The notes: a model not told the origin generated them from the sequence alone. DNA of 63,728 bases, filler included, from Kipferlia bialata (GCA_003568945.1; 7 parts of 7 records of this genome joined end to end with filler, not necessarily neighbours in it), one strand, 5' to 3'. Numbered from the whole stretch's first letter, positions 11,895 through 25,400 are shown. Program-made: numbers and translations.

Positions 11895-13666
11895 CTCTCT
11901 GACTCTCTCTATCCCCCACCCAACCCCCCCGATCCTTGACACACAACCATTCATTATAGCATTTCACCCATCCCCCACTTCATTCACAAGTACATATATC
12001 ATTTATCTCGGTATTTTGTTCCTCCACATCTCATCTCCCACCCTAGGTTTGAGCGAGAGACCAACCCCATTGGCACCGAGGTGATGGCAACAGCTGTGGA
12101 GGTTGAGGGACATGTAGTGGACCTGGAGGTAACAGCATTAACTCTATACTCTATCATATTACAGTATATACTATATTCACTGAGTAGTTGTGTGCTGTGT
12201 CACACAGACTGTGTGAGATTCTGAGTGGATGAAGATATATACAGTACCCACTCATTATCAGATATGGGCTGTCGGTGGGGCAGAGCCTGTGCTGAAGCCC
12301 AGTATGCATCTGTACAGAAGGCCCAGGGATTGCATGGTGATGGTGTATGATATTACACGGTGAGGCATAGACGAGGGTGCAGCCTTCACCATGTCACACT
12401 CTCTCTCTCCCTCTCTCTCTCTTTCTCTCTCTCTCTTTCTCCCCCGATATATACATATATCAGTGTATCATATTCGGAAACTCACCCAGCCGTTCCACTT
12501 AAACCTTGTCGCTCTGTCTCCCACACTCACATACATGCATATACTTGGGTGTTCCACATCTCATATGATCTCAGCCGACCCCCCTTCACCCACCTTGTGT
12601 CCCCCTCTATGTCTCTCCTGACACATGTTCAAACACATCAGTACACTAATTCTATTCCCATTCCCTATCTCACCCAGCCGACCCACCTTCACCCACCTTG
12701 TGTCCTACCTTGAGGACCCTATGGTTAGGGCAGAGGCCCCACCCTCACTCAAGTGGGTGCTGATTGGCAACAAGGCAGATGGGGAGGGGGAGAGACAGGT
12801 AATTACTGTTATACACTGTGATACTATTATTGTATATACTGTTACTATATAGCGAGGGAGTGTTTGGTTGGATATACACAATGGAGTTGATATATCTATA
12901 GCTGATTGGTAACAAGGAAGACGGGTAGTGGGAGAGAGAACAGGTACTATATATGCACTATATACTATGTGTATATGTGGTCCTCAGCAGGCTTACATAA
13001 TCCAACCCTTGTACATATACAGGTCACTACTGAGGAGGCCGCTGCCTTTGCTGCCCGCCACATCAGTGCATAGATATGATATTCTTATGGTATTCCTTAT
13101 ATCAAGGCACTCTACCTTTGATAGTATGTCTCATGTATTAGGTCCCAACTGAGGAGGTTGCTGCCTATGCTGCCCAGCATGGGATGGAGTTCTATGAGAC
13201 ATCGGCTCTTGATGGAACTAGTGTTCAGGTATGAGCTCTCTCAGTCAATTTGTGTACGATAGCTGCTTTGACACCTAGGTTGGCCTTTCTGTCATGTGGG
13301 CATCCACTACACTATATGTACACTGATACATATGATAGCTCTAAAATATCAGAGTTGTGGCTTAACTCCAAGAGGCCTTCCTCTCCCCCACCAGAGAGCT
13401 AGTCAGACCTATTCTACAGTAGAGTTTAGTTTTCTCTAGCAGCTGCTCAAGCGGTGACGATTCTGATATACAGGAGGTATTTCTCTCTCCCACCAGAGAG
13501 CTAGTCAGAGAGGTGCTGGCAGGGGAGAGGGTGGTGAGGGATGCAGGTGAGTGGATGACAGTTGTGAGTCAGTATTAGACGACGTGTTCTTTCTGCATTA
13601 TCATATAAGCACCGTCTCTCTCTTAGACCAGACACCTTTACCAGCGCCGTGAGTAGGCCAGAGTAG
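11531..13666 (+). CDS. Divergent Rab-like small GTPase, multi-exon
   Basis: Exons read FERETNPIGTEVMATAVEVEGHVVDLE / IWAVGGAE...CMVMVYDITR / WVLIGNKADGEGERQ / VPTEEVAAYAAQHGMEFYETSALDGTSVQ / EVFLSPTRELVREVL. G4 (NKxD) and G5 (ETSA) are clear; G1 and G3 are not canonical. Confidence 0.75.
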
Positions 13667-13967
13667 TTGTCACAGAGTCAGTTGTATAGGCCTAGTAAAT
13701 GAAGCAAGGAACACGCCACATAGGTGGGATACTAATATATTGAGGTCTGCCGTTGCTGATATTGGCCCGTCGGCATCAAGTATTGATACGTGACCAGAGA
13801 GCGTGTACTATATGCAGAATATGGATACCACAGTGTTGATTTTGAAAGAATTATACATGTGTTTATGAGTCATACAATCTTACGCAACGTTTGTTTTTGT
13901 GACTGGACCCTTTCTAGACTAAACGGTGTGAGTCATTTCGCGCTTCTCTCTTGTCTGTACTCTCTTG

Positions 13968-15490
13968 ATGACAAAGGAGGGAGTGGAGGAGACAGGGGAT
14001 ACCCTTCAGTTCCAGTGTCCTTGTGGTGCCTTTCTACCAACTTGGGCTGAGTACGCGCTTCATGCTATGCTCTGCTCCGATACACACTCCACCTCAGTGT
14101 CAATCCAGTCTCTGCCTGTGTTCCAGCACCCCCCTCTCTCCCACTTCACAGAGCACACTGTTGGGTTTGATCGCACGCGCCTTCCTCTCCCGTCTACCCC
14201 TGTCTTCTTCAGCAACGTGTTCTGGCATCTTCAGAAGGCGGGATTCAATCCAACTCTCTATGGCAGCTACCAGACGGTGTATGCCACACAGACGTCAGAT
14301 ATGGACATTGCACTAGGTACGGGTCCACTATTTGATGTCCTATGAGATGTTACTTATCACTGGCGTCTCTGATGGCTCCTCCCTTTGGGTATATTCGGTA
14401 TAGCAGTGACAGCGCAATTTACCCTGACCCCAGGCCACGGGTCTCTCCGTCTGGCCAGGACCTCCCTACAGAGCTCTCGCCTGGGCACATGCCGCATCCT
14501 TGGCAATCCTGGTGAGCGGAACAGACGTCACATGAAGGTACTGTCAATCTGGATTGGATTGGGTATCGTTGCTTGGATTGAATTTCCCAATTCTATTATC
14601 TACCCTTCACCCACACACCCCACACCCATACACACATCTTAGCAATAGGTATATGCCCCAGGTGTGGGCAGAAGGGGGCACCACATAGACGTCGTGTCCT
14701 CAAGGGACAATGATGGGCCACAGAAGAAGCAGGTGGGGAGGTCTATCTCTCACTCTCTCTACCACTGATGTGACTTGATCGTGAACTATACAATGTAACA
14801 TTTTCAATGTTGAATGATACTTGGCTATGATGATTCTACAGATGGAAGTAATATGTTTCTTCTTCTATCTCTTACCATCATGTTTCCCGTCAGACTCTGC
14901 TCAATCTCACCACCTTTCCTCACTGTCATAGCATACACCACTCCCACTACCTCTCTCCCCCTGCCTCATCTACTCATCTATAGATTCTGCTCAACTTGGC
15001 TACTGTGCTACCCATCATGTCCCACCTGAAGAGTGTACTCAAGACAATGGCCAGTGCTACCGGGTGCCTAGCCCCTGGAACTAGGGGTCAGAAGGTACCA
15101 TGTGTAAAGAGTATAGATATATGTGTGTGACAAGCGTGTAATGATGTCACTCCAGGGTCACGAGCGCAATGGCGCACAGCTCCTCCACAGTGCTGTATGG
15201 GCCATCGCCAGGGGCTGTCCCGCGCTGGACTCTCTCTCTCTCAGCGGCGCTCTCTCCAGTGAGGTGACAGCGAGTTACTGATATGAGTTCATCTACTTTA
15301 CGTATCCAATAATTCACTGTGTCAACTAGTATTGCCACTATGTTATTGAACTAACAGTGTGAATCTAACAATCAGACCCGGGCAGAGCTGCTGGCCAAGG
15401 TCGAAGAGACCTATGACACCTCTTCCCCTGAGGCACTGCTTAGTGGTGTGCTCTTGGACTGGTGCGCATACAACAAGGTGTCGGTAAGGT
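13968..15490 (+). CDS. Non-canonical poly(A) polymerase / terminal uridylyltransferase (Cid1/Trf4-type, pol-beta nucleotidyltransferase fold) with an N-terminal C2HC-like zinc finger; 3' end uncertain (may extend to 16566)
   Basis: LYGSYQTVYATQTSDMDIAL is the GS...DxD motif. A later exon HHIDVVSSRDNDG supplies the third Asp, followed by ILLNLATVLPIMSHLKSVLKTMA. The N-terminus has FQCPCG...LHAMLC. Confidence 0.75.
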
Positions 15491-16229
15491 ACGTTACTAT
15501 ACAACATTGACAAATTGGGAGTATAGTAGTCTCAGTCCGTTTACAGGTAGCGTAGATAGAATTTTAACCACTTCTCATTGAGTATTCAACATATATACAT
15601 AGTATTAATTCAGGGGCATCAGGGACTCTGTGGTGTGCAAGAGTATAGTGGATGGGACGCCGCTGCCAAGGCCTGAGATGTACTATCTGCCTCCTACCAT
15701 GCAGGTACTTACCTACTCCCTCTCTCTCCCTTTCGAGGGTTGTCACTTATACTAGTGGTAACTATTCTATTGTTGCTGATATGCCAGGCGCTAGTTGAGC
15801 CTCTTCGTCTGGGCCTTGAGAGAGGCGAGACTGTACCTCCCCTTGTGAGGGCCCTTTCTCACATGTCTGTGTTCTAGACAGAGGTGACAGACTCTTCTGT
15901 TTCTCTTTACGCTAGCTTCAAGCTCGAATACTTCTTTGTTTTCACCAACTCCCCCAGTGTATATCACTGACTTCCTTGAGGGTTGACACAACCCAATCTC
16001 TACCAGCTATACACACAAGAGTGCAGATAGAGAATACAGCACTATGAATGGGTGATGTTATGTGTCGTTCTCTATCTGTTCATGACAGAATAGTTCAATG
16101 ACTCGTATTACAAATATTCTACACTATTACACTCTTACGAGGAGAGGATAGCTTCCCTCTGGACTCCAGAGTCTGGAGTCACGCTCACTTGCTCACACTC
16201 CTTGTCCAGGTCGTGCTCTGACATCTTCT

Positions 16230-16566
16230 CACAGGAGAGAGAGAGGACACCGTGTTGACAGGACACAAAGTGTACAGAGTCAGGATAGGAAGAGCCAGAT
16301 AGAGAGAAGTGGCCCTGTGCAGGGACGCAGCAGCCAAGGCCCAGAGGCGCGTCGATGCCATCCAGAGGTACATTGACACCGCAGAGTACTCCCTTGATGC
16401 CAGTGTGGGATTCATGGCTGAGAAGAGGAGACTGCAGGGTCTGCAGCAGAGGGCTGAGGGCAAGTACACATCCCTCTCCAGTCAGCTGCGTGCTTCTCAG
16501 CAGAGAACATCACGCTCCCAGTCTGTCTGTTATCCCTACCCCTTTTGGATGGGGGCATCAGTCTAG
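16230..16566 (+). CDS. Terminal coiled-coil exon, possibly the last exon of the nucleotidyltransferase gene
   Basis: Open frame ...ALCRDAAAKAQRRVDAIQRYIDTAEYSLDASVGFMAEKRRLQGLQQRAEGKY... with coding-like composition after a CTCACAG acceptor. Confidence 0.35.
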
Positions 16567-16787
16567 ACCTAAGGGGATTAAGGTGCAGCCTCTGGACATG
16601 GGCAGCAGAGGCAGAGGCAGGTTGTTATTGAGAACCACACAAACTGAGTGTGCAAGAATACTAAAGTGAAGCTCACGGGTAGCATGGGAGTTAATTATCA
16701 TTCGTCTTTCAGGTTCATTTGTTCCTTCAGCTGTTCCATAATAAGACTTCACAACTTGTGGTTGATAACGACAGCATGATCTGTACT

Positions 16788-19700
16788 CTATATGACGTTG
16801 AACACAACCACCTCCCCTTCTTCTCCGTCCCCAGTGGGATCAGAGTACACTGGGGCCCCTGCCATAATGGTACCATTGTCGATAGTGAGACTGGCTCCCA
16901 GTTGGCCAACCTGACCCATAACTTGTCTGCTGTCCTGCAGTGAGACTCTGTGCCGTGTATCTATGTGTGATTGATCTGCCACTTACAATGCAGGAGAGTT
17001 CACTGCTACATACCAGAGTATACTCTACCCCCTGGGCCTTGTACACAAATACAGACCCCTGGTCACTGTTCTCATGGGGTGCCCCTACCACTAGTACCTC
17101 CTGAGGGTGAGAGGTTATAAATGACAGCGTTAACAGCAGAAGTATCTCCAAACTTAGGAGTCCTAAGATAATAGTAGTGTTGATGAGATGATAGTGATAT
17201 GCAGTGACATCTGCCAGTAATTATATATGTGTTAAAGTGCCAAAGGTATATGAACCTACCTCTCCCTCAGCCGCACTGTGGTCATAGCAGAGACTGGTTC
17301 CAAACTCAGCCTTATTGCCTTGGTCACCTCTCATACTGGCGACAGTTATAAAGTTAACGCTGATGTAAGGGTAGCAAGGTCAACTTACGAAGTCTATGCT
17401 AATATCAGCCCATAATATAGCCAGAATATATCTTTTCTGGTGTAGGTCAAGTAATACATAGGAACACATTAGGATACAACCGCTCCACAATGTCGTATAC
17501 TTCGGTGGACAAAGGTGGTTACCTTGAGTCTGGGTCCTTCTGATAGATCTCTACCAGTCCAGCATCTCGGCGGGCTAGGGGTGAGTATATATCCAACTAC
17601 TCATAAATATCAGACTCCAACTGAGTAGAATATACAATGTATTCCATTGATACTTTTGTCCACACTGCATGTAGCATATATTGATTTGTTAATCGATTAC
17701 TCACTTGATGTGTCTTGGACAGATGGGCAGTACAAAGGAATTCAGATATATATATAGATGTATTGACGTGCACTTATAACTATATATATATCTATACATA
17801 TATATATTGTTCTTCTCCTGGTCTTACTTGATGTGCCTTGGACAGATGGGCAGTACAAGGCATCAACAGACATGGAAATAAATTGTCATATGCATCTATA
17901 TATGTACACATATATACACTTACCTACATATATTGATTGGTTACCCATATATCCACTCTATATGTATATATACACACATATATATACATACACTCACTTG
18001 ACGTGTCCAGGACAGACGGACAGGACAAGGCAAAGGTGAGCCCATCTGCCGCTATGGCAACGGCCATGGAACTGGCCTTGCGGCACACATCTGAGGGTAA
18101 GCGAAACCATGAGAATATTACCAAAAGCCTATATACTATATATCAGAGTAATAGTGAACGATTCTTGACACCCATGGCTATACCACACTATGTAGCTCAA
18201 AGAGCATAGATTGTGTTGTATTCATCATGATATATCCTCTAGCTCAGGAAGACCCATACCACCATACCTTCTATACCTTCTATACCTTCTATATTATATT
18301 CTATACCTTCTGCCGCCCCTGCTCTTCTCCAGTCTGCCTTGTCAGTGTGGTAGTCATACACAGTGGCACCACTGGGGTTAGACACACTATGCAGTGCACT
18401 ACAAGTAGTACACTATTTCATAAAGCCACTACAAATATTGACTATTAGTCATATGCCACTGGGGTTAGACGGAGTATAGTGTTAGTGTCAATAGAACACT
18501 CAACTCACTATAACAAGACATCGCAATAGATTGTCAGAGTATGGTGCCAGAATATTTGGACAAATAGGTCTATACAGCTCTATATATGAGTCCAGACCAC
18601 ACCTTCTATGCCACTAGCGTCGCCTGGCCTGAATTGTAATTAATACATAATTACATCCAACTACATGTATACATATACACATATATAGAGAAAATGTAGT
18701 GCAATGTTCGCGGGTATTGCCAGAGTGCCCATACCCCATGCCCGTGATGTCTCCAGGCTGGGCCGGCCAGGACCCACCCGCAACCACTCGAGTGCCATCC
18801 TGGGTTGAGAGGCTGGCAATACATATACATATCATAGGTACTATTTCATTCAACAATAATACGTACACCACCCTGTTTCCAATCCGGGTCAAAACTGGAT
18901 TCATATACATCCCATATCCACATAACCATACGATGTTGCAATTGTATACCCCCACCTTGGCTAGGGCGAGGCTCTGACCCAGGTGCATAGCGTTGCTCCT
19001 GAGGGACCTCTCTTGCTGGTATACCCCATTGACCCTCCTATGTGTAAGGATAGATCCATACATACACTAATAGGATATATACATGTTATCAGAGTTGCAT
19101 AGGTCTTTGTAAATGATAGTTCTGAGCGAGATTGTATTTACCAGTTTGTGGTTACCTGTACATATCGACTTGAAGTATCTTTGTCTCTCTCTAACTGTGT
19201 ATGTTTGTACATATATATGTACATATCGACATGTACTCATGTATGTCTGATATATACAATCATTATGGATATATATCAATGGATATATATCAATATATAT
19301 ACAGACCTGTACATATCGAGATGCCCCACTGCTGGGTACCCAATGGCCAACACATCAGCTGGGGTCAGTACAGAACGGAGTCGTCATATACACAGAGGTT
19401 ACTGATAACACATAAACATGCAACCGTCAGTGGCATTGCTACTTCACTGTTACTAAACCAAGGATCACCAACCTGCCATTGCCAGAGATACTATAATACA
19501 ATATATTATATAATATATACACATACATATAAATATAGTTAGATACAGTGTATATACACATCATACCACTAACCTGCCAGTGCCACAGATACTATACTAT
19601 ATTATATATAATGATACATGTATACACATACATGCATATATAGTACTATATCTATATCTACTAACCTGCCACCGATACTATACTATATTTCTTATAATTA

Positions 19701-21367
19701 ATAATAATTAATAATAATTAATTTACATATACATGTCTAATTTATACTATATATATATGCTACTAACCTGCCAGTGCCACCGAGATGGCCCCTTCCTGAC
19801 TTGGTCCCACCTGCTGCATAAGGGTCCAGCTAATGATCAGACGGAACAGAGAGAAACCTGCGACCTGTAGCAACCATAATGGTGTATATTGTAAACACAT
19901 AGGTATATATATATATGTGTGTGTATACTTATATAATATCTGTACCCCTCTCTCCTAAAAGACACACTGGCTGTGACAAATTTGCAGATATATAGATACT
20001 TGTCAGTACAGTAGAAGAGATACTATACCGCTCTGCTTCCCTCTTAATATATGATATACTTTACCTATCTGCTTCGCTCTTAATATATGATATATCATAC
20101 ATATCTCCATCTCTCTTAATACATGATATACTATACCTACCTATATGCTTCCTTCTTAATATATGATATATCATACCTATATCCCTCTCTCTTAATATAT
20201 CATCAGAGTACATGATACATAGTGTTATACCTGTCCCCCTCTCTCTTAAAGAGTGACACCGTGGCTATGACAGGAGATGGGTAGTCACCAGGGGAGGACA
20301 CAGCCACCCAGTCGCCATCTGGGGGTGAGACAGACTACAAAGGCAGGGGGGGATATATCGTTCAATGTTGCTTGAATGCATAAGGGGGGGGGGGAGTGTA
20401 TGTCGTGTCTACCTATGGCCACAGCTGCCCCCGTGCAGTTGTACCCCTGCCCTACATCCAGTCTGGAGTGGTGGGTCCATATACCTTGGTCAAGGTACAG
20501 CATATAGGCGGCACCTGAGGGTGAGACAAATATAGCACACAACGCTTGTATACTGGGAGTCGTATATAGTACAAATACGGTCTTCCAATCTGCTGCATAC
20601 ATTCACCACTGGGGGTGGGACACAAATAATGAGTACTCAGTTTATATAATCAGAATATAGAAGAGAGGGGGTGTTCAGGCACATGAACATACAAGTGCAC
20701 TCCCGCCATGAGAGAGAGAGTAAGTGAGAAGAGAGAGACGCTACATAAGTCTGTGTGTGTGAGAGAGAGGCATACCTACAGCCAGCCAATCACTTGCATT
20801 GTTCCACTGATAGGGTGCACCAACCACTGCCCACCCACCACTGACAGAGACAGAGTGGCCGAAGGCGGCATCTGAGAGTGAGGCAGTAGTATATATACTA
20901 GTACATAATGCATATATGTACATAGAGATAGAGACTGTCCACAGACAGAGACAGAGTGGCCGAAGGCGGCATCTGGGGGTGAGCCTGCAGGGGGGGGGGG
21001 GGGGGGGGGGGGGAGGGAGGGGGGGGGGGGGGGGGGTAGGGGGGGGGGGGGAGAGGGGAGGGGGGTATTAAGAGAGAGTGGAAGACGGAGGGCATAACAT
21101 AGGTGGCTGACGTGAGAGGATGGGAACATAGAAACAAACAGGGAGAAAGTGTATGCAGAGGAGGAGGGTAGGGGGGGGGGGGAACATATTGGGGAGAAAA
21201 TTTGTGATGTACACTGAAATGTATGCAATAGTAGTATACATCTATATATACTATATACACTATATATACTACTATTTATAGGGATACCTGCCATCCAGGT
21301 TGCAGTGGTGTGTGAGTGCTGAGAGTACCCTTGCACACAGCATCCTGGACAGATGCCCCTTGGTCAC
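16788..21367 (-). CDS. FG-GAP repeat beta-propeller protein, multi-exon; 5' end uncertain (could extend to about 22121)
   Basis: Exons read DAAFGHSVSVSGGWAVVGAPY, GAAYMLY...TGAAVAI, HLGQSLALAKDGTRVVAGG, EVLVVGAPHENSDQGSVFVY and QLGASLTIDNGTIMAGAPVY...GEVVVFNVI*. Confidence 0.8.
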
Positions 21368-22345
21368 CTTGGTATGAGATGTCAGTATCAGTATATATAC
21401 GTATTATTTACCAGTATTATAAGGATACTGATAGAGATGCTAGAGATACCCCTTGGTCACCTTGGAATTAGATGTCAGTATCAGTGTCAGTAGACGTATT
21501 GTATATAAAACTAACTAACTATGAATATACTTATATATACTAATACTGATACTGGCCAGATGCCCCTTGGTCACATTGGTACTAGATATCAGTATCAGTA
21601 TATTAGTATCATACGGATGCTGATACTGATGCTGATACTGATGCTGATATACCTTTACATCAGGTGACCCTCCCATCACACCCCACTCTGCTGCTAGTGT
21701 ACTCCACTGGTCACTACCCTTGTGAATATCAAGCAGAGCCTAGAGTTAGATATACATTTACATTGACATATAATAAGTACATATACTGACCACTCCACTT
21801 CCTGATGTCCAGAAGAGTTTAGGGTGAGAGAGAGAGAGAGATCGTGGTCAATCCGTGGAGTGAATAGAGTTGAAGAACTGGCACCATCGTACCCCCTTGA
21901 CACTGGATGTCGTACTATATATACATCTACTGATCACTACCATTGCTGATGAAGAGAAAAGCCCGGCGAGAGAGAGAGAGAGAGAGAGATCCTGTCAATC
22001 TGGCTGAAGTGAATTCAGCTGAACAACTGCGTACCTCCTTCACCCTGGATGTTGTGGTTAGAACCAGTGCCTCATAGGCTGCTAAAAGAGTGACATCGTT
22101 GATGCCTTGGATATCGGCCATTGCCGCAATACCCTAGAGGAGTCTCATCGTGGATAGGTGTACAAAAAAGAAAAAATCGGTGTCTGTAATGAGGGTTCAC
22201 TCCTCCAACTTGGAGGCTCCAAGTCACTCAGAGTCACTCTCTCTAGTCACACACTGTTTGTTTACTCATCATAACACATGTTAGGGAACTATTGGGTCTA
22301 ATCTAATCTATTGATAATCCACCACAAACGGCGGCCTTATGCAAC

Positions 22346-22445
22346 NNNNNNNNNNNNNNNNNNNNNNNNNNNNNNNNNNNNNNNNNNNNTTAATTAATTA
22401 ANNNNNNNNNNNNNNNNNNNNNNNNNNNNNNNNNNNNNNNNNNNN
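22346..22445. other. Artificial contig linker
   Basis: N44-TTAATTAATTAA-N44. Confidence 0.98.
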
Positions 22446-25400
22446 TATCAGTTGAGGCTGTATTGTGGTAGGGGGAAGTACCACTGTCTCTGGGTATTAG
22501 TGTACGACATGTATCCATGCATATATATATATGTGTGTGTGTGTACTGCATATAGTATCTGCGGCATGCACTGCATTGTGGTAGGGGGAGGTAGCACTGT
22601 CTCTGACAGTTAGTACCCACATACATTAGCTGATATCGATATATATCCACAGTGTGTCATATATATACCACTGGTTATAAATGGATGTATGTATATACAT
22701 ATAATAGTATAGTTTAGTACCTGTACATTCTGCTGTACATGTACACTGCGGCACTGTATAATACAATATAATCCATATATAAATATATATCTACATATAT
22801 ATATATTCTAATAATGACATACATTCCTACCTGTACATCCTGCTGTACATGTACACCGCTGCAGTGTACCGTCTGACACTCACTACACCCTCAAGGCAGA
22901 ACAGTGTGTGGAAGAGGTACGCGAGATAGGGCAGAGCGATGTCTCCGTATCTGGAGGGGTCAGAGAGTCGAGAACGAACAGCGATAAATTCATAGAATAT
23001 AGTATAGAGGATATGCATATATATGCATACCCCCTCCCCCACTCATGTGCGTCAATGTCCAGAGAGACAATATGCGTATGTATTAATATGTAAAAATATG
23101 TATGGATGTCTATTATAATATAATGATATATTTGCATACCTTCTACCCCACTGATGTGCGTCAAAGTCGAGGGTAAGCACCTCTCTCTTGATGTACTCTC
23201 TCTCAATCACTCTCTCTCTCTCTCTCTGCTTCTCCGCAGTGTTGGCACTCTCTCTCTCTCCCTCCCCTTCTAGCTCTACCTCACTATCTAGCGATGTAGA
23301 GAGGGAGGGGGAGAGAGATAGAGAGGGGTTGGACTTGGCTGGAGGTGAGATGGGAATACTGATAATAATACCGGATAGCATATTGGTACTACAATACCAT
23401 GTTGATATTCTTGACAATAAATACACACACACACACCTGCTGCCATTGCATCTGTGTGCAGTCTCTGTCTAAGCACACTGGGGGTCAGATGGGTATACAA
23501 GAAATTCAATGTATTTCTACAATTGATAACATACCTGACCATGTCAAGTATGACTGAGGTGTGACACTCATATATATATATGTATATATATACTCTATAT
23601 GCAATGTGTAGCATATCGTACACATATATATATGTGTGTTAGCGCCCTGACCATGTCGAGTATGACTACATACACACTATGATGAGCATGGTACCTCTGT
23701 TTGTATATATACAGGGAATATATACACACACATATATATATTTATATACAGTACACATATATATACCTGACCATATCCAGTATGACTGCTGGCTGGGCCA
23801 TGGACAGGGGGGCAGACAGGCCTGGAGGTAAGTGGAGTATATATGTGGGGTATATACACATAAGCATGAGTATATATATGTATATATGATACATGCTGGG
23901 ACAGGGACAGGGGGGCAGACAGGCCTAGATGTCAGAATATATAACATATGTAGGAAGGGTAAAAGGGCCAAGACAGATGGGCCTATATACTGCACAACTG
24001 AACGTCTGCACTCATACCTAGACTCACCTGCTGTCTCTGTCCATCCATATCAATATATATGATATACACATAGTACACAATATAAATGTATGAACATGTA
24101 TACATATACTATACTAGTTTATCAATGCATCCATACCTAGACTGGCCTGCTGTCTCTGTCCATCCACCACTTGCTCCACCATAGTGCCCATGGACTGAGG
24201 GTTAGGGGTATACACAGACATTAGTGCATATATATACTATACTTCATACAATATAGGTTACATACACAGAACTATATGTACTATGCCCTCCACCATAGTG
24301 TCCATGGACTGGGTGAGGGGTATAGAGAGATACATACGTTGTATATCATTAGAAGTATAGTATACTGTGAATATCCACTGCCTCAACTATGGTACCCATG
24401 GACTGGGTGAGGGGTATGAATAAATATATATATCTATATATATACAGATATAGATGTATATACTATATATACGTATATATTCATATATGTATATTGATAT
24501 ATATATACATATACTATATATGCGTATATATTCATATATGTATAGAGTATCCACCATAGTGCCAATAGACTGGGGTCAGAGTAAATACTATAGATTTCAC
24601 ATATGTATAATATACATATATATACAATACTTACCATCCCCCCCATCTGTGGTGCCACATGGCTCCAGTGCCTATCTCTCTCTCTCTCTATGCATGTACA
24701 TGTATATATACATACATACACTATCTGCGTACCATCCCCCCCATCTGTGGTGCCACATGGCTCCAGTGCCGCCTGACACCCTGGGAGCCAACGGTGCTGG
24801 GGGTAAGATATATATATATAATATATACTGAATATATATATACATATATACTAGTGCCGCCTGACACCCTGGGAGCCAACGGTGCTGGGGGTTAGGATAT
24901 AAAGAGATATGAACATAGTCTACACACATATATGTATGCATACTAGTATACTGCCGACACCCATGGGAGCCAACGGCGCAAGGGTTAGACATACACAGAC
25001 ACTTACACACCCTACAATACTAATACACATTTCTAAGTAACTGGTATAATGAAACTGTGGGACCCAATGGTACTACATATTAGACAGTGATAATCATATA
25101 TATATAGTATACTATGGATTTGTATGAAATGTGTAAGTGGTCTAGTCACAATACATTACCTATGGTTGCTGTGTATGCTGCTCCTTAGATAAAGCACTCA
25201 CACATATAAGAAAATTCATACATACATATATATATATATCCATAGTATACTATAAGTGTAGTACCTCTGGTTGCTGTGTATGCTGCTCCTCAGCGACTGC
25301 ACACTCTCAGATAGCATACTACTATCCCCCTCTCTCCCCTTGCCATTCACACTAATGACACTCTCCCTCTCCCTCTCTCTCTCCCTCAGCCTCACAGCAT

